A DNA stretch of 64,000 bases, taken from positions 96,001 through 160,000 of the forward strand of contig CAWCYD010000002.1 of the NCBI GenBank assembly GCA_963799775.1, read 5' to 3'. The translations under genes and the position numbers were made by a program. Every line of letters begins with the position of its first letter. The stretch's first letter is position 1. The stretch is from an uncultured archaeon (GTDB taxonomy: Archaea > Thermoproteota > Nitrososphaeria > Nitrososphaerales > Gagatemarchaeaceae). Positions 31,203 to 40,078 of the stretch are shown here, piece by piece. Below the pieces are notes generated by a model, which ran no database searches, was not told the origin of the DNA, and saw nothing but the letters and a program-made list of their open reading frames with translations.

Positions 31203-31832
31203 TTAGTCGACCACTTGGGTCAGGCCGATCAGAGTGGCTTCCGCCCGGGGGAACTTGAGAACGATGGTGTTGTCGCTGATCTCATGTACGTGCTGGACCT
31301 TCAGCCGCAGGAGCTCGCCGTGCAAGATTATCCCGACGAAGAGAGACCATTTCTTACCATAGTTGTGATAGAGGGACATGCTCCACTCGCCATTCGCGTT
31401 GCCATTCCCCGACTGCATCCGATAGTTGTTCCCGAACCTGTCTAGCAGGGATACCATCTTCAAGAAGACGTCCGGGTCATACCGCTTGAAGATCAGGAGG
31501 CTCACGTCCTTGAAACAGGAGGTTGCGACTATCCTCTTGGCCATCTCCTCTATCTTCTCCTCGGTCGTGAACTCCAAGACTGCATCCAACATGTTCGGGA
31601 AGAACGACGCCATCTGGACAGCGTCAGCGTAGCGGTCCCATTCGATGAAGCGCTGGATGCTGTTCTGGATGAGCGAGTTGACCGAGATCCCTAGCCTGTC
31701 GGCGTCCGCCTCCAGCCTGGCGACACTGGTGGTCTTCAGTCTGAAAGTCTTGTTGACGTAGGCCTCATTGTCCCCTGCCTTACCACCATTCACCAACTTT
31801 TCAGCCCCTGTGCGCCTTGCATTTCCGTGCAT
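31203..31832 (-). CDS. Ribbon-helix-helix regulator, paralog of 30574..31158 (start ATG 31832 or GTG 31793)
   Basis: VNKTFRL...LEADADRLGISVNSLIQNSIQRF, WDR, SCFKD, GNNY, HNYGKKWS, EISDN. Confidence 0.8.
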   Translation of the reverse strand: MHGNARRTGAEKLVNGGKAGDNEAYVNKTFRLKTTSVARLEADADRLGISVNSLIQNSIQRFIEWDRYADAVQMASFFPNMLDAVLEFTTEEKIEEMAKRIVATSCFKDVSLLIFKRYDPDVFLKMVSLLDRFGNNYRMQSGNGNANGEWSMSLYHNYGKKWSLFVGIILHGELLRLKVQHVHEISDNTIVLKFPRAEATLIGLTQVVD

Positions 31833-31898
31833 ATTCGTATATTTCAATGTTTGCTCTGCAAGGGAACGTCGTATAATTCCGGTCTTTGCCTTGCAAAG
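31817..31898 (-). promoter_or_regulatory. 10-bp-phased ATGCA repeats and a palindrome over the start/promoter of the minus-strand RHH gene
   Basis: Plus-strand TGCAT (31818), TGCAT (31828), TATAT (31838), TGTTT (31848); CTTTGC-CTT-GCAAAG (31884-31898). Confidence 0.5.
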
Positions 31899-32017
31899 TC
31901 CTAGATATGCTGGATTTCCTTGGCGAAGCAGGAGGCCCATGCCATGCCATCAAAAAACACCATGGAAAATGTCCCGAACGTCAATTTTTCTTTGGTTTCA
32001 AGCTCTTTCAGTACGTG

Positions 32018-32070
32018 TTACACGGTAATGCAGTGGAATGCAAGGCTATGCACGACAAAGACTTATATTA
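32018..32070 (+). promoter_or_regulatory. 10-bp-phased ATGCA repeats plus TATA box upstream of 32121
   Basis: TTACAC (32018), ATGCAG (32028), ATGCAA (32038), ATGCAC (32048), TTATATTA (32063). Confidence 0.55.
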
Positions 32071-32120
32071 GAAAACGCATGAGATGAACACGAGCGAACA
32101 AAGAGCAGGTTGTTTGAAAA

Positions 32121-32450
32121 ATGGGGATGCAATCGAGGAGAGAAGCGCATTCCGACGGACGTGAGAGCTTACCATCGCTCCAAAACGGCCGCCAGCGGTC
32201 ATACATGCCGAACCGAGACGTCGTAAAGTCGATCAGAAATTCCTTGGACATAAATGTCCAACAGACTCTAGGAGACCTCTATCGCGGGAACAAGAATTAC
32301 GCGTGGACGGATTTCTTGATGGCGGTCAACTACATGATATCAGAGGGATACCTGGAAGGCAAGGGCGACGGTTTCGTAGTCCATTACTCCCTGACCACAA
32401 AGGGCAAGAATGAACTGAAGGACGGTCATGTCTCAAGCGGTTCGGTCTGA
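32121..32450 (+). CDS. Small winged-helix-like protein, paralog of 48170..48478
   Basis: QTLGDLYRGNK...W..FL.AV.Y..SEGYLEGKGDGF.V.YSLTTKG; the end resembles a wHTH wing. Confidence 0.7.
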   Translation: MGMQSRREAHSDGRESLPSLQNGRQRSYMPNRDVVKSIRNSLDINVQQTLGDLYRGNKNYAWTDFLMAVNYMISEGYLEGKGDGFVVHYSLTTKGKNELKDGHVSSGSV

Positions 32451-32494
32451 GATTTCGTCCGAGTAGAAAGCGCGAAAATTCCAAGGGCTGATAA

Positions 32495-32652
32495 TGGCGC
32501 CGGGGGTAGGACATTCGCCCGCCTCGAAGAGGCACCTTTCGGCGTTCATCTCTTGGGCGGGATTCGAACCCACGAGACCCGGAAGGGTCACAGGCTCTCA
32601 AGGCCCGCGCATTATTGTGGATCTAAAAGATTGGCCACTCTGCTACCCCGGC
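32495..32652 (-). tRNA. tRNA-Ser(TGA) with encoded CCA and two non-canonical BHB introns (D-loop 32615-32632; T-loop 59/60 at 32512-32562)
   Basis: Acceptor GCCGGGG/CCCCGGC-G-CCA; anticodon stem CGGGC/GCCTG with loop CTTGAGA; long variable arm; spliced T arm GTGGG-TTCGAAT-CCTAC; BHB central helices GTGG/CCAC and TTCG/CGAA with 3-nt bulges. Confidence 0.92.
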
Positions 32653-32828
32653 GTAGCGTCGGGGTCGTCTTCTCGACATTTATGCATTGAACTCTTTGCC
32701 TGACGACCCACGCAACCTGTCTGCGGAATCGCCGCATGTTCACTATTTTTGACACTAGACTCTAGACAGAGAAATCTACCCGTAAATCTGCTGGTTCTGC
32801 TTTTAGCGTTCGTCGTGTTCCGACTCAC

Positions 32829-33008
32829 ATGCAAGAGGTAGTCGAGCTCAAGTTCACGGTCTCGAGGATTGAGAGCGTGGCGAGGAATGAGAACGTCCTG
32901 GGCTTGGTGTTTTACCAGATGTTGCTCACAAAGAACTCGCTGAGTGTGGTGACCGACCGCCTCCTCGTCTCCGATGAAGCCGTGAGAGTCTTGGACATCC
33001 GTCGTTAG
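32829..33008 (+). CDS. 59-aa protein missed by the ORF track; possible remote member of the 3518/29562 family
   Basis: MQEVVELKFTVSRIESVARNENVLGLVFYQMLLTKNSLSVVTDRLLVSDEAVRVLDIRR; ATG 32829, TAG 33006-33008. Confidence 0.55.
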   Translation: MQEVVELKFTVSRIESVARNENVLGLVFYQMLLTKNSLSVVTDRLLVSDEAVRVLDIRR

Positions 33009-33064
33009 AGAATCCTACCAAGAGCTCGCCAACGATTATTACTGGCTTTCGCAGGCTCCGCCTT

Positions 33065-33964
33065 ATGAGTGGTTCGCACGTGCGCAAGGTGGCGGTGCTG
33101 GGCGCCGGACTGATGGGTCATGGCATCGCGCAAGTCTGCGCTCAGACCGCGGGTTACGAGGTCAACCTCTTGGACGTCAAACAGGACTTCGTGGACAGGG
33201 GCATGTCGATGATCCGAGACAGCCTATCAAGGTTCGTCGCCAAAGGAACCTTTGACAAGAGCAAGGCGGACGAGGTCATCTCGCGGATTCACCCGACCCT
33301 CGATCTAAGGGAGGCGGTCGCCGGCACGCAGCTTGTCATCGAGGCAGCTTCCGAGGACCCGAAGCTCAAGACGGACCTCTATCGCAGGGTCTCGGAGCAT
33401 CTACCGTCCGACTCTATCCTCGCCTCGAACACCTCGTCGATCAGCATCACGCTCCTCGGGTCTGCGACGAGGAGCCCCGAGCGCGTCGTCGGGATGCACT
33501 TCTTCAATCCGCCTCAGCTCATGCCTCTCATCGAGGTGATACGCGGCGCCAAGACCTCAGACGCCACTGTCGAGACGGTCAGGCAGGCGGCGAGGCAGAT
33601 GGGCAAGGACACGGTCCTCTGCAAGAAGGACTCTCCCGGTTTCATCGTCAATCGCGTTCTGGTCCCGGCGCTCACAGAGGCGACTCTCCTCCTCGAGGAG
33701 GGGGTCGCGGACAAGGAGGACATCGACAAGGCGATAACGATGGGCCTGAACTGGCCCATGGGCCCGCTCAAGCTCCTCGACTACGTCGGGCTCGACACGG
33801 CGATGCACATCTCGGAGGTCATGACCGACGGCTTCAAGGACCGAAAGTACGCCCCTTCGCCGCTCGTCAAGAAGATGGTGAGCCAGGGACTGCTGGGAAG
33901 GAAGTCTGGAAAGGGCTTCTACGAGTGGCCCTCGTCGTCCTCCACGAGAAGCAAGTCAGGATAG
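33065..33964 (+). CDS. 3-hydroxyacyl-CoA (3-hydroxybutyryl-CoA) dehydrogenase
   Basis: GAGLMGHGIAQ, ASNTSS, GMHFFNP, PGFIVNR, PMGP, GRKSGKGFY. Confidence 0.95.
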   Translation: MSGSHVRKVAVLGAGLMGHGIAQVCAQTAGYEVNLLDVKQDFVDRGMSMIRDSLSRFVAKGTFDKSKADEVISRIHPTLDLREAVAGTQLVIEAASEDPKLKTDLYRRVSEHLPSDSILASNTSSISITLLGSATRSPERVVGMHFFNPPQLMPLIEVIRGAKTSDATVETVRQAARQMGKDTVLCKKDSPGFIVNRVLVPALTEATLLLEEGVADKEDIDKAITMGLNWPMGPLKLLDYVGLDTAMHISEVMTDGFKDRKYAPSPLVKKMVSQGLLGRKSGKGFYEWPSSSSTRSKSG

Positions 33965-33987
33965 TCGCTGGGATGGCTTTCCTCTGG

Positions 33988-34392
33988 CTACGGGGACAGC
34001 TTCTTCCTGATGTCTTCGGGCAGCTCCTTCGCTCTTCCATCCTCCCCTATCAGGACGTGCACGGTGTGGCCTGTGCACAATAGCTCGTTCTCTGGGAGCT
34101 TGGTGGCCTCGTAGTCGATCCTCACGCTCGACCTGCCGATCTTGCTCGCCCACGCCCTCACCGCTATCTCGTCGTCATAGCGCGCCGAGGCCTTGTAGTC
34201 CGCGTGGGCCTGGACGACGGGCGTGTGGAAGCCCCTCTTCCTCGAGATGACGGTGTAGGGCAGTCCGATAGAGCGGAACAACTCTGTCCTCGCGACCTCG
34301 AACCAGACAAAGTACTCCGCGTAGTATACGACCTGCATCGCGTCTGTCTCGGCGAACCGTACCCTGAGCTTCGTCGTGTGCTCGACCGGCAT
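33988..34392 (-). CDS. Acyl-CoA thioesterase (YbgC/4HBT hot-dog family)
   Basis: RVRFAETDAMQVVYYAEYFVWFEVAR. Confidence 0.9.
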   Translation of the reverse strand: MPVEHTTKLRVRFAETDAMQVVYYAEYFVWFEVARTELFRSIGLPYTVISRKRGFHTPVVQAHADYKASARYDDEIAVRAWASKIGRSSVRIDYEATKLPENELLCTGHTVHVLIGEDGRAKELPEDIRKKLSP

Positions 34393-34444
34393 GGGAGTGC
34401 GGCCACGGGCCTATCCTTTTTACGTTCTCGCTGGCCTGCGGCCG

Positions 34445-35227
34445 TTGTTGGACAGCTATCGGACTATCTCCGTGACCATGGAAGGGCCAATCGCGATCAT
34501 AACGCTGAACAGGCCCGAGGCCCTGAACGCTCTCAACTCTGTCATGGTCCGGGAGCTCGTCGACTCGTTGGGGAGGCTCGATGTCGACGAGAAGGTCAGG
34601 TGTGTAGTGCTGACAGGGAGCGAGAAGGCGTTCTGCGCCGGAGCCGACGTAAAGGAGATGGCTACAAAATCATCGGCGGAGATGGCAAGCGCCGACCACC
34701 TCCGTGGGGTCTGGGAGAAGGCGGCCAATCTGCAGAAGCCTCTCATCGCAGCGCTCAGCGGCTACGCCCTGGGTGGCGGGCTTGAGCTCGCGATGTGCTG
34801 TGACATCATCCTTGCTTCCGAAGGGACGAAGCTCGGTCAGCCGGAGATAAACATCGGGATAATCCCGGGAGGAGGGGGGACGCAGCGCCTCGCCCGAGCG
34901 GTCGGGAAGTACAAGGCGACGGAGATGATCATGACAGGCGCGATGGTCACTGCGGACGAGGCGAAGGCCCTGGGGTTGGTCAACCGGGTCGTCCCGCCAG
35001 GCAAGCACCTCGAGGAGGCTGTCAAGATTGCCTCGGATATCGCGACGAAGGCGCCGCTCGCCGTGCGTGCCGCGAAGAGGGCCATCGCCGCCTCGCAGGA
35101 GAAAGGCCTCTCCCAGGGGCTCGAGCTGGAGCGGACCCTCTTCTACGAGCTCTTCGGGACAGAGGACAAGAAGGAAGGGATGGCTGCCTTCCTGGAGAAG
35201 AGGAAGCCCAACTTCAAGGGCGAGTGA
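34445..35227 (+). CDS. Enoyl-CoA hydratase (crotonase family)
   Basis: LNRPEALNAL, AFCAGAD, ALGGGLEL, GQPEINIGIIPGGGGTQRL. Confidence 0.93.
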   Translation: MLDSYRTISVTMEGPIAIITLNRPEALNALNSVMVRELVDSLGRLDVDEKVRCVVLTGSEKAFCAGADVKEMATKSSAEMASADHLRGVWEKAANLQKPLIAALSGYALGGGLELAMCCDIILASEGTKLGQPEINIGIIPGGGGTQRLARAVGKYKATEMIMTGAMVTADEAKALGLVNRVVPPGKHLEEAVKIASDIATKAPLAVRAAKRAIAASQEKGLSQGLELERTLFYELFGTEDKKEGMAAFLEKRKPNFKGE

Positions 35228-35231
35228 CCCC

Positions 35232-35660
35232 TCACGGGATGGCGAGGACGGGGACCGTCGAGTTCTCTATCACGTTCCTTGCCACGTTCCCGATCGCCTT
35301 TAGGCGGCTCAGCCCATGGAAACCGTGGACTCCCACGACCACGTAATCGAGACTCCTAGACTTCTCGGTCTTGAGGATGACGTCCTGAGGATCGCCGACA
35401 CCGCATATCCCCTCGTAGTGGACGCCGGCGTCGCGGATCTTCTTCACGAGACCATCGACGGTCCTATGGTATTGGTCGAGGTAGTAGTGGTCGGGGATCG
35501 CGTCTCCATGGGTATCCAGGAAACGGGTCGGGACCGACTTGTCCTTTATCACGTAGAGCAGGACGATCTTCGCGGACAAGGCCGCGGCGAGCTCGATCGA
35601 GGCGTCGACTATCTTCACGGCGTGGGGATGCTCGTCCACGGCGACAAGGATCTGCTTCAT
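35232..35660 (-). CDS. Universal stress protein
   Basis: ILVAVD, GDP...I, VVGVHG...IGNVARNV..STVPVL. Confidence 0.9.
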   Translation of the reverse strand: MKQILVAVDEHPHAVKIVDASIELAAALSAKIVLLYVIKDKSVPTRFLDTHGDAIPDHYYLDQYHRTVDGLVKKIRDAGVHYEGICGVGDPQDVILKTEKSRSLDYVVVGVHGFHGLSRLKAIGNVARNVIENSTVPVLAIP

Positions 35661-35792
35661 CGCCTGTCACCAGAGTGCCGATTATTTAGAACTTGAGAAG
35701 TGGCGGCGCCCTCGCGGCAACGCTTATCTCGACAACACATCGTGCCGGCCGCAACCGTTTTGGTCCTCTACAAGCGCGCGAACCGGCAATAC

Positions 35793-36232
35793 GTGGCGAT
35801 GACCCGTACCGAGGTCTGGCGCTTCCTAAAGTCCCAACGAAGGGTCTACCTGGGCTTCACCATGGACGACGGCTATCCTCACGTCACCCCGATCTGGTTC
35901 GCGGTCATCGGCGAGAGGATCTACATGCGCGCACAGGATTACAAGGTGAAGGTCGGGCTCGCGTCCAAGGGCAAGTCGTGCATCGTGATCGATGACGGCG
36001 ACAAGTATCGCGAGCTGCGCGGCGTCGTGATGTGGGGCAGGCCCGGATCGTCAAGGAGCGAGGGCTGATCGCCAGGATAACCGCTGACATGGACGCGAAG
36101 TACGCGGAGCGCCAGTGGAAGGCGGAGGAGATGCCAAGAGGATGGGTCAAGGAAATACCCTCCGAGAGGAGGGCCTTCATCGAGTTCACGCCGGAGAAGG
36201 TGGACTCGTGGGACAACCGCAAGGTCAGGTGA
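35793..36232 (+). CDS. Pyridoxamine 5'-phosphate oxidase-like split-barrel protein; frameshift near 36040
   Basis: DGYPHVTPIWF, YRELRGVVMWG, then PEKVDSWD. Confidence 0.8.
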
Positions 36233-36244
36233 CGCGGTCCGTGG

Positions 36245-36814
36245 CTAGGGTCTCCAGACCTCGTCCTTGACGCCGTCCAAGAGATTCGCGTAGCGAGCCA
36301 GATTGAAGAGGTAGGTCGAGAGCCTGTTGAGGTAGGGCACGAGCTCCGGGTTTATCTTCTCAGAACGGGCCAGGGTCACCACCCTCCTCTCCGCCCTCCT
36401 GCACAAGGACCGCGCGACGTGAAGGGTCGCTGAGAGGCGGCTCCCGCCCGGGAGTATGAAGCTGGTCAGCTTGGGGAGCTTCCCTTGGAGCTCGTCGACC
36501 ATCTTCTCAAGGTCCACGGTGTCCTTGCTCTGGATCCGGGGGACGCTCCTCCCCTTTTGCCCGAGCTCCGTGGCGAGGTCGGCCCCGGCGGTGAAGAGGC
36601 TGGCCTGGACCTTCTTCAGCGGTCTGGCGATTTCAGCGTGTTTGCACTCTGCGACAGCCAGGCCGATGCAGCTGTTGAGCTCGTCGATCGTCCCGTACGC
36701 GTCCACCCTCGGAGAGTCTTTCGGGACGCGCGAGGTCCCCGTAGAGGCTCGTCTCGCCTTTGTCTCCTCCTCTTGTATACAAGGGCGTTTTCTTGTTTTC
36801 ATTATCTTAATCAA
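36245..36814 (-). CDS. pduO: ATP:cob(I)alamin adenosyltransferase, PduO type (N-terminus disturbed by indels)
   Basis: KDSPRVDAYGTIDELNS, FILPGG, RSLCRRAER, YLNRLS. Confidence 0.88.
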   Translation of the reverse strand: MIKIMKTRKRPCIQEEETKARRASTGTSRVPKDSPRVDAYGTIDELNSCIGLAVAECKHAEIARPLKKVQASLFTAGADLATELGQKGRSVPRIQSKDTVDLEKMVDELQGKLPKLTSFILPGGSRLSATLHVARSLCRRAERRVVTLARSEKINPELVPYLNRLSTYLFNLARYANLLDGVKDEVWRP

Positions 36815-36899
36815 GTAATTTAGGCTTGGGGTCTTGATGTTTTTGCCACCGAAGGGATATATGCTAATCTTTCAGAGACATCTGCGACGAGGGATTTAG

Positions 36900-37328
36900 A
36901 CGAAATCTGGATCATCTAGAGACGAACCTGCTCATCTCTTCACCCCACAGGAGGCGATGAGAGTTCTCCCCGACATCAAACTGAAACTGAAGGCGATTAT
37001 GGAAAGGAAGAGGCTCGCCGACTGGCTCTGAGGGATGAGATCGAGCGCTTCAGCCTTGTCGGGTTCGATTCCCCAGAGGCCCGGATCAAGACAGACCAGC
37101 TCGATGCGACTGTCAATGACCTCATGGCGAGGATACAAGAGATCGATGAACCTCGGCGTAAAGCTCAGGGACATCGACACAGGCCTCCTCGACTTCCCAG
37201 CGAAGAGGTTCGGAGAGGTCGTCTACCTCTGCTGGAAATACGGCGAGTCCAACGTCGAGTTCTGGCACACGCAGAGCGAGGGTTTTGCGAGCAGAAAGCA
37301 GCTCAACGTCCAGATAGTCTCGCCGTAG
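36900..37328 (+). CDS. DUF2203-family protein, frameshifted (start approximate)
   Basis: LFTPQEAMRVLP at the 5' end; GVKLRDIDTGLLDFP...YLCWKYGE...FWH...GFASRK at the 3' end. Confidence 0.8.
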
Positions 37329-37387
37329 AACCCTCTTCTCCCGCTAAGGTTTACTAGTGGCTCACCGAGCCCGGCCAAGCGATAGTC

Positions 37388-37857
37388 TTGCCTGCAAGCG
37401 ATGTCGAGGTCGGCCATCTCGCCCCGGACTTTACCCTCCCTTCCTCGAGCGGGAACAGCGTCAGCCTGAGCGGCCTCAGGGGCAAGAACGTCGTGCTTTA
37501 CTTCTACCCAAAGGACGACACGCCCGGGTGCACGAAGGAAGCCTGCACCTTCAGGGACAACCTCCCAAAGTTCGGGGCGGTCGACGCGGTAATCCTCGGG
37601 GTGAGCAAGGACTCCATGGACTCCCACGCCGATTTCATAAAGAAGTACGGCCTGAACTTCACCCTGCTGAGCGACGATGAACCTCGAGGTCAACAAACTC
37701 TACGGTGACCTGGGTGGAGAAGGAGAACTACGGCAGGAAATACTGGGGGACCGAGAGGTCGACGTTCGTGATTGGTAAGGATGGCAAGGTCAAGAAGATC
37801 TTCCGCAAGGTGAAGGTAGACGGTCACGAGCGGGAAGTCCTCGAAGCGCTCGCGTGA
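37388..37857 (+). CDS. bcp: Thioredoxin-dependent peroxiredoxin (BCP/PrxQ); frameshift near 37690-37710
   Basis: VLYFYPKDDTPGCTKEAC, GVSKD, LLSD, then ERSTFVI...VKVDGH. Confidence 0.92.
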
Positions 37858-37883
37858 AATGATGCAGTCGAGGTTTCAGTGAG

Positions 37884-38576
37884 TTGGCCTCTGGGCTTGC
37901 CGGGGGCAAGGCCGGCATCCTCGGGGGGATCTTCTTCGCGGCTGCCGTAGGGCTGGTCAACTGGGCGGTCTTGGAGGCCTTCAGGAGCGAGGCCTTGCAG
38001 GCCCTGTCGACCTACTCCTTCTGCTCCGGGGCAACAGGCCCGCAGGACTGCTTCTCGACGCTCCTGACGACCGACATCCCATCGCTTGTCATGTTTCCCA
38101 TCGCCGTCTCGGGGATCTTGTTCGGCGCCATCTACGGGTTGTACTTCGAGTTCATCCCGGGGCAGGGTTACAGGATCCGGGCCGTGGGGATCGGCCTGCT
38201 GATGCTCATCGTGATGCTCTTCTTCGGGCTCGCGGGCATCACCGTAGACCAGACCACCAAGACGATAATGGACGGCTTTGACAGCCTGGCGATGCTGGTC
38301 TACGCGCTCATCATCGCCCATTACTACAGGAAGTACACGAGGGAGGTCCAGTTCGAGAGCCCCAACCCCGAGAGGCTCAAGATAATGGTTGACGGGAAGA
38401 ACCTCACGGACAAGAAGAAGACGCTCTCCGTCCACTCGTCGCACACGGTGAGAGCACCGAGCGAGAGCGGCGCGTTCCACCAGTGGCTCGTCAGCGGGGG
38501 CGTCTCTGTCCTCGACTCGAAGAGCTTCGAGACCACGATGAGGGTGGACGGCGACGGCCTGCTGAAGATCTCCTGA
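37884..38576 (+). CDS. Membrane protein with about four TM helices and a C-terminal beta domain
   Basis: Hydrophobic helices, a Cys pair in the first loop, soluble tail with FHQWLVSGGV. Confidence 0.7.
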   Translation: MASGLAGGKAGILGGIFFAAAVGLVNWAVLEAFRSEALQALSTYSFCSGATGPQDCFSTLLTTDIPSLVMFPIAVSGILFGAIYGLYFEFIPGQGYRIRAVGIGLLMLIVMLFFGLAGITVDQTTKTIMDGFDSLAMLVYALIIAHYYRKYTREVQFESPNPERLKIMVDGKNLTDKKKTLSVHSSHTVRAPSESGAFHQWLVSGGVSVLDSKSFETTMRVDGDGLLKIS

Positions 38577-38639
38577 GGCCCGAACACGGATTCCAAAGGT
38601 TAATCTGAGCAAGGGCGAACGGTCCCTCCGTAACGACCG

Positions 38640-40000
38640 ATGGTCCGCGACAAGAAGGTAGCCGACTACATACACGACAACCAGAGCAGGTTCGTGAAGG
38701 ACATCATCCGCCTCGCCTCGCAGCCGAGCGTCTCTGCCAGGAAGGAGGGGATAGTGGAGTGCGCCGCCATCGTAAGGTCGATGATCGAGGAGATAGGTGG
38801 GACCGCGCGGTCCTGGAGCTCCCAGGAGCCGCCCCCTTGGTCTACGGGGAGGTCAAGTCGACAAAGTCGAGCAAGACCATCCTCTTCTACAACCACTACG
38901 ACGTCCAGCCGGAGTCACCCTCGAGCTCTGGAAGTCTCCGCCCTTCAAGCCGGAGATAAGGGACGGGCGGCTCTACGGGCGCGGCGTCTCGGACGACAAG
39001 GGGGAGCTCGTCTCGAGGCTGAAGCTAGTCGAGTCTTACATCAAGGAGAACGGGGAGCCTCCTTGCAACGTCAAGTTATGTTTCGAAGGCGAGGAGGAAG
39101 TCGGGAGCGGGCACCTGGAGGAGTACGTCGACAAGAACCCCGACCTTTTCAAGTCGGACGGGGTCATCTGGGAGTACGGGAAGATAGGCGGGGACGGGAG
39201 GCCCGTCGTGGGCCTCGGGGTCAAGGGCATGATCTACCTCGACCTCACGGTGAGGTCTCTCTCGCAAGACGCGCACAGCATGTACGCCGCCGCCCTCCCG
39301 AGCGCCGTCTGGAGGCTGGTCCGTCTGCTCGGCATCATCAAGGACCCGAACGAGCGGATCCTCATCCCGGGCTGGTACGACAAGGTCCATGACCTGTCCG
39401 AGGAGGAGCTGAAGCTCCTCGAGGAGCAGCCCTCCGAGGCCCAGGAGCTCCTCAAGACCTACGGCAGCAAGGAGTTCGTGGGGGGCATGCCCCTCTCGCA
39501 GGCGAAGAAGGCGCTCGTCGCGCGTCCGACCGCGAATGTCGCCGGGATATGGGCCGGATACACCGGCCCGGGCAGCAAGACAGTCCTCCCCGCGGAGGCC
39601 CACTGCAAGATGGACTTCCGCCTCGTCCCGAACCAGGACCCGCACGAGCTCTACTCGAAGCTGGTCGCGTACCTGGCAGCGAACGGGTTCGGGGACGTCG
39701 AGATTGCCGCCGAGACGATGGAGCCGGCCGCGAGGACCAGCTACAAGAGCGACCTGGCGCAGGCCGCCATCAAGGGCGCGAAGGAGGTCTTCGGGAATGA
39801 ACCCGACCATCGAGATCTCGAGCGCCGGGACAGGTCCGCTCTACATCTTCACGAGGAGATACGGCGTCGCGGGGCTCGACATCGGAATCTCACCGGTCGA
39901 CGCGGCTCTCCACTCGCCGAACGAGAACATCCGGTTGGACTTCCTCGAGAAGGGGATGCTCTGGCTAGGCCAGACCGTGGAAAACTTTCTCGGAATCTAG
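38640..40000 (+). CDS. M20-family dipeptidase/metallo-hydrolase; frameshifts
   Basis: YNHYDVQP, YGRGVSDDKG, EGEEEVGS, DFRLVP, HSPNE. Confidence 0.9.
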
Positions 40001-40078
40001 GCCCGCGGGGCGGCTCCGGCCGGAGGCGCAAAGGGTAAGCTTAATTCGGTAATCCAGAGTCCCGTTGGAGTCATATAG

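Noticed and set aside
31937-31950. CCATG tandem repeat
   Set aside because: Fewer than three full units; too short to call a repeat feature
32512-32562. tRNA intron as a C/D-box guide RNA
   Set aside because: It has a GATGA element but no complete C box and no CTGA D box
33065-35227. 3-hydroxyacyl-CoA dehydrogenase and crotonase as evidence for the 3HP/4HB carbon-fixation cycle
   Set aside because: They are equally consistent with beta-oxidation, and no diagnostic 4-hydroxybutyryl-CoA dehydratase or carboxylase is in the window
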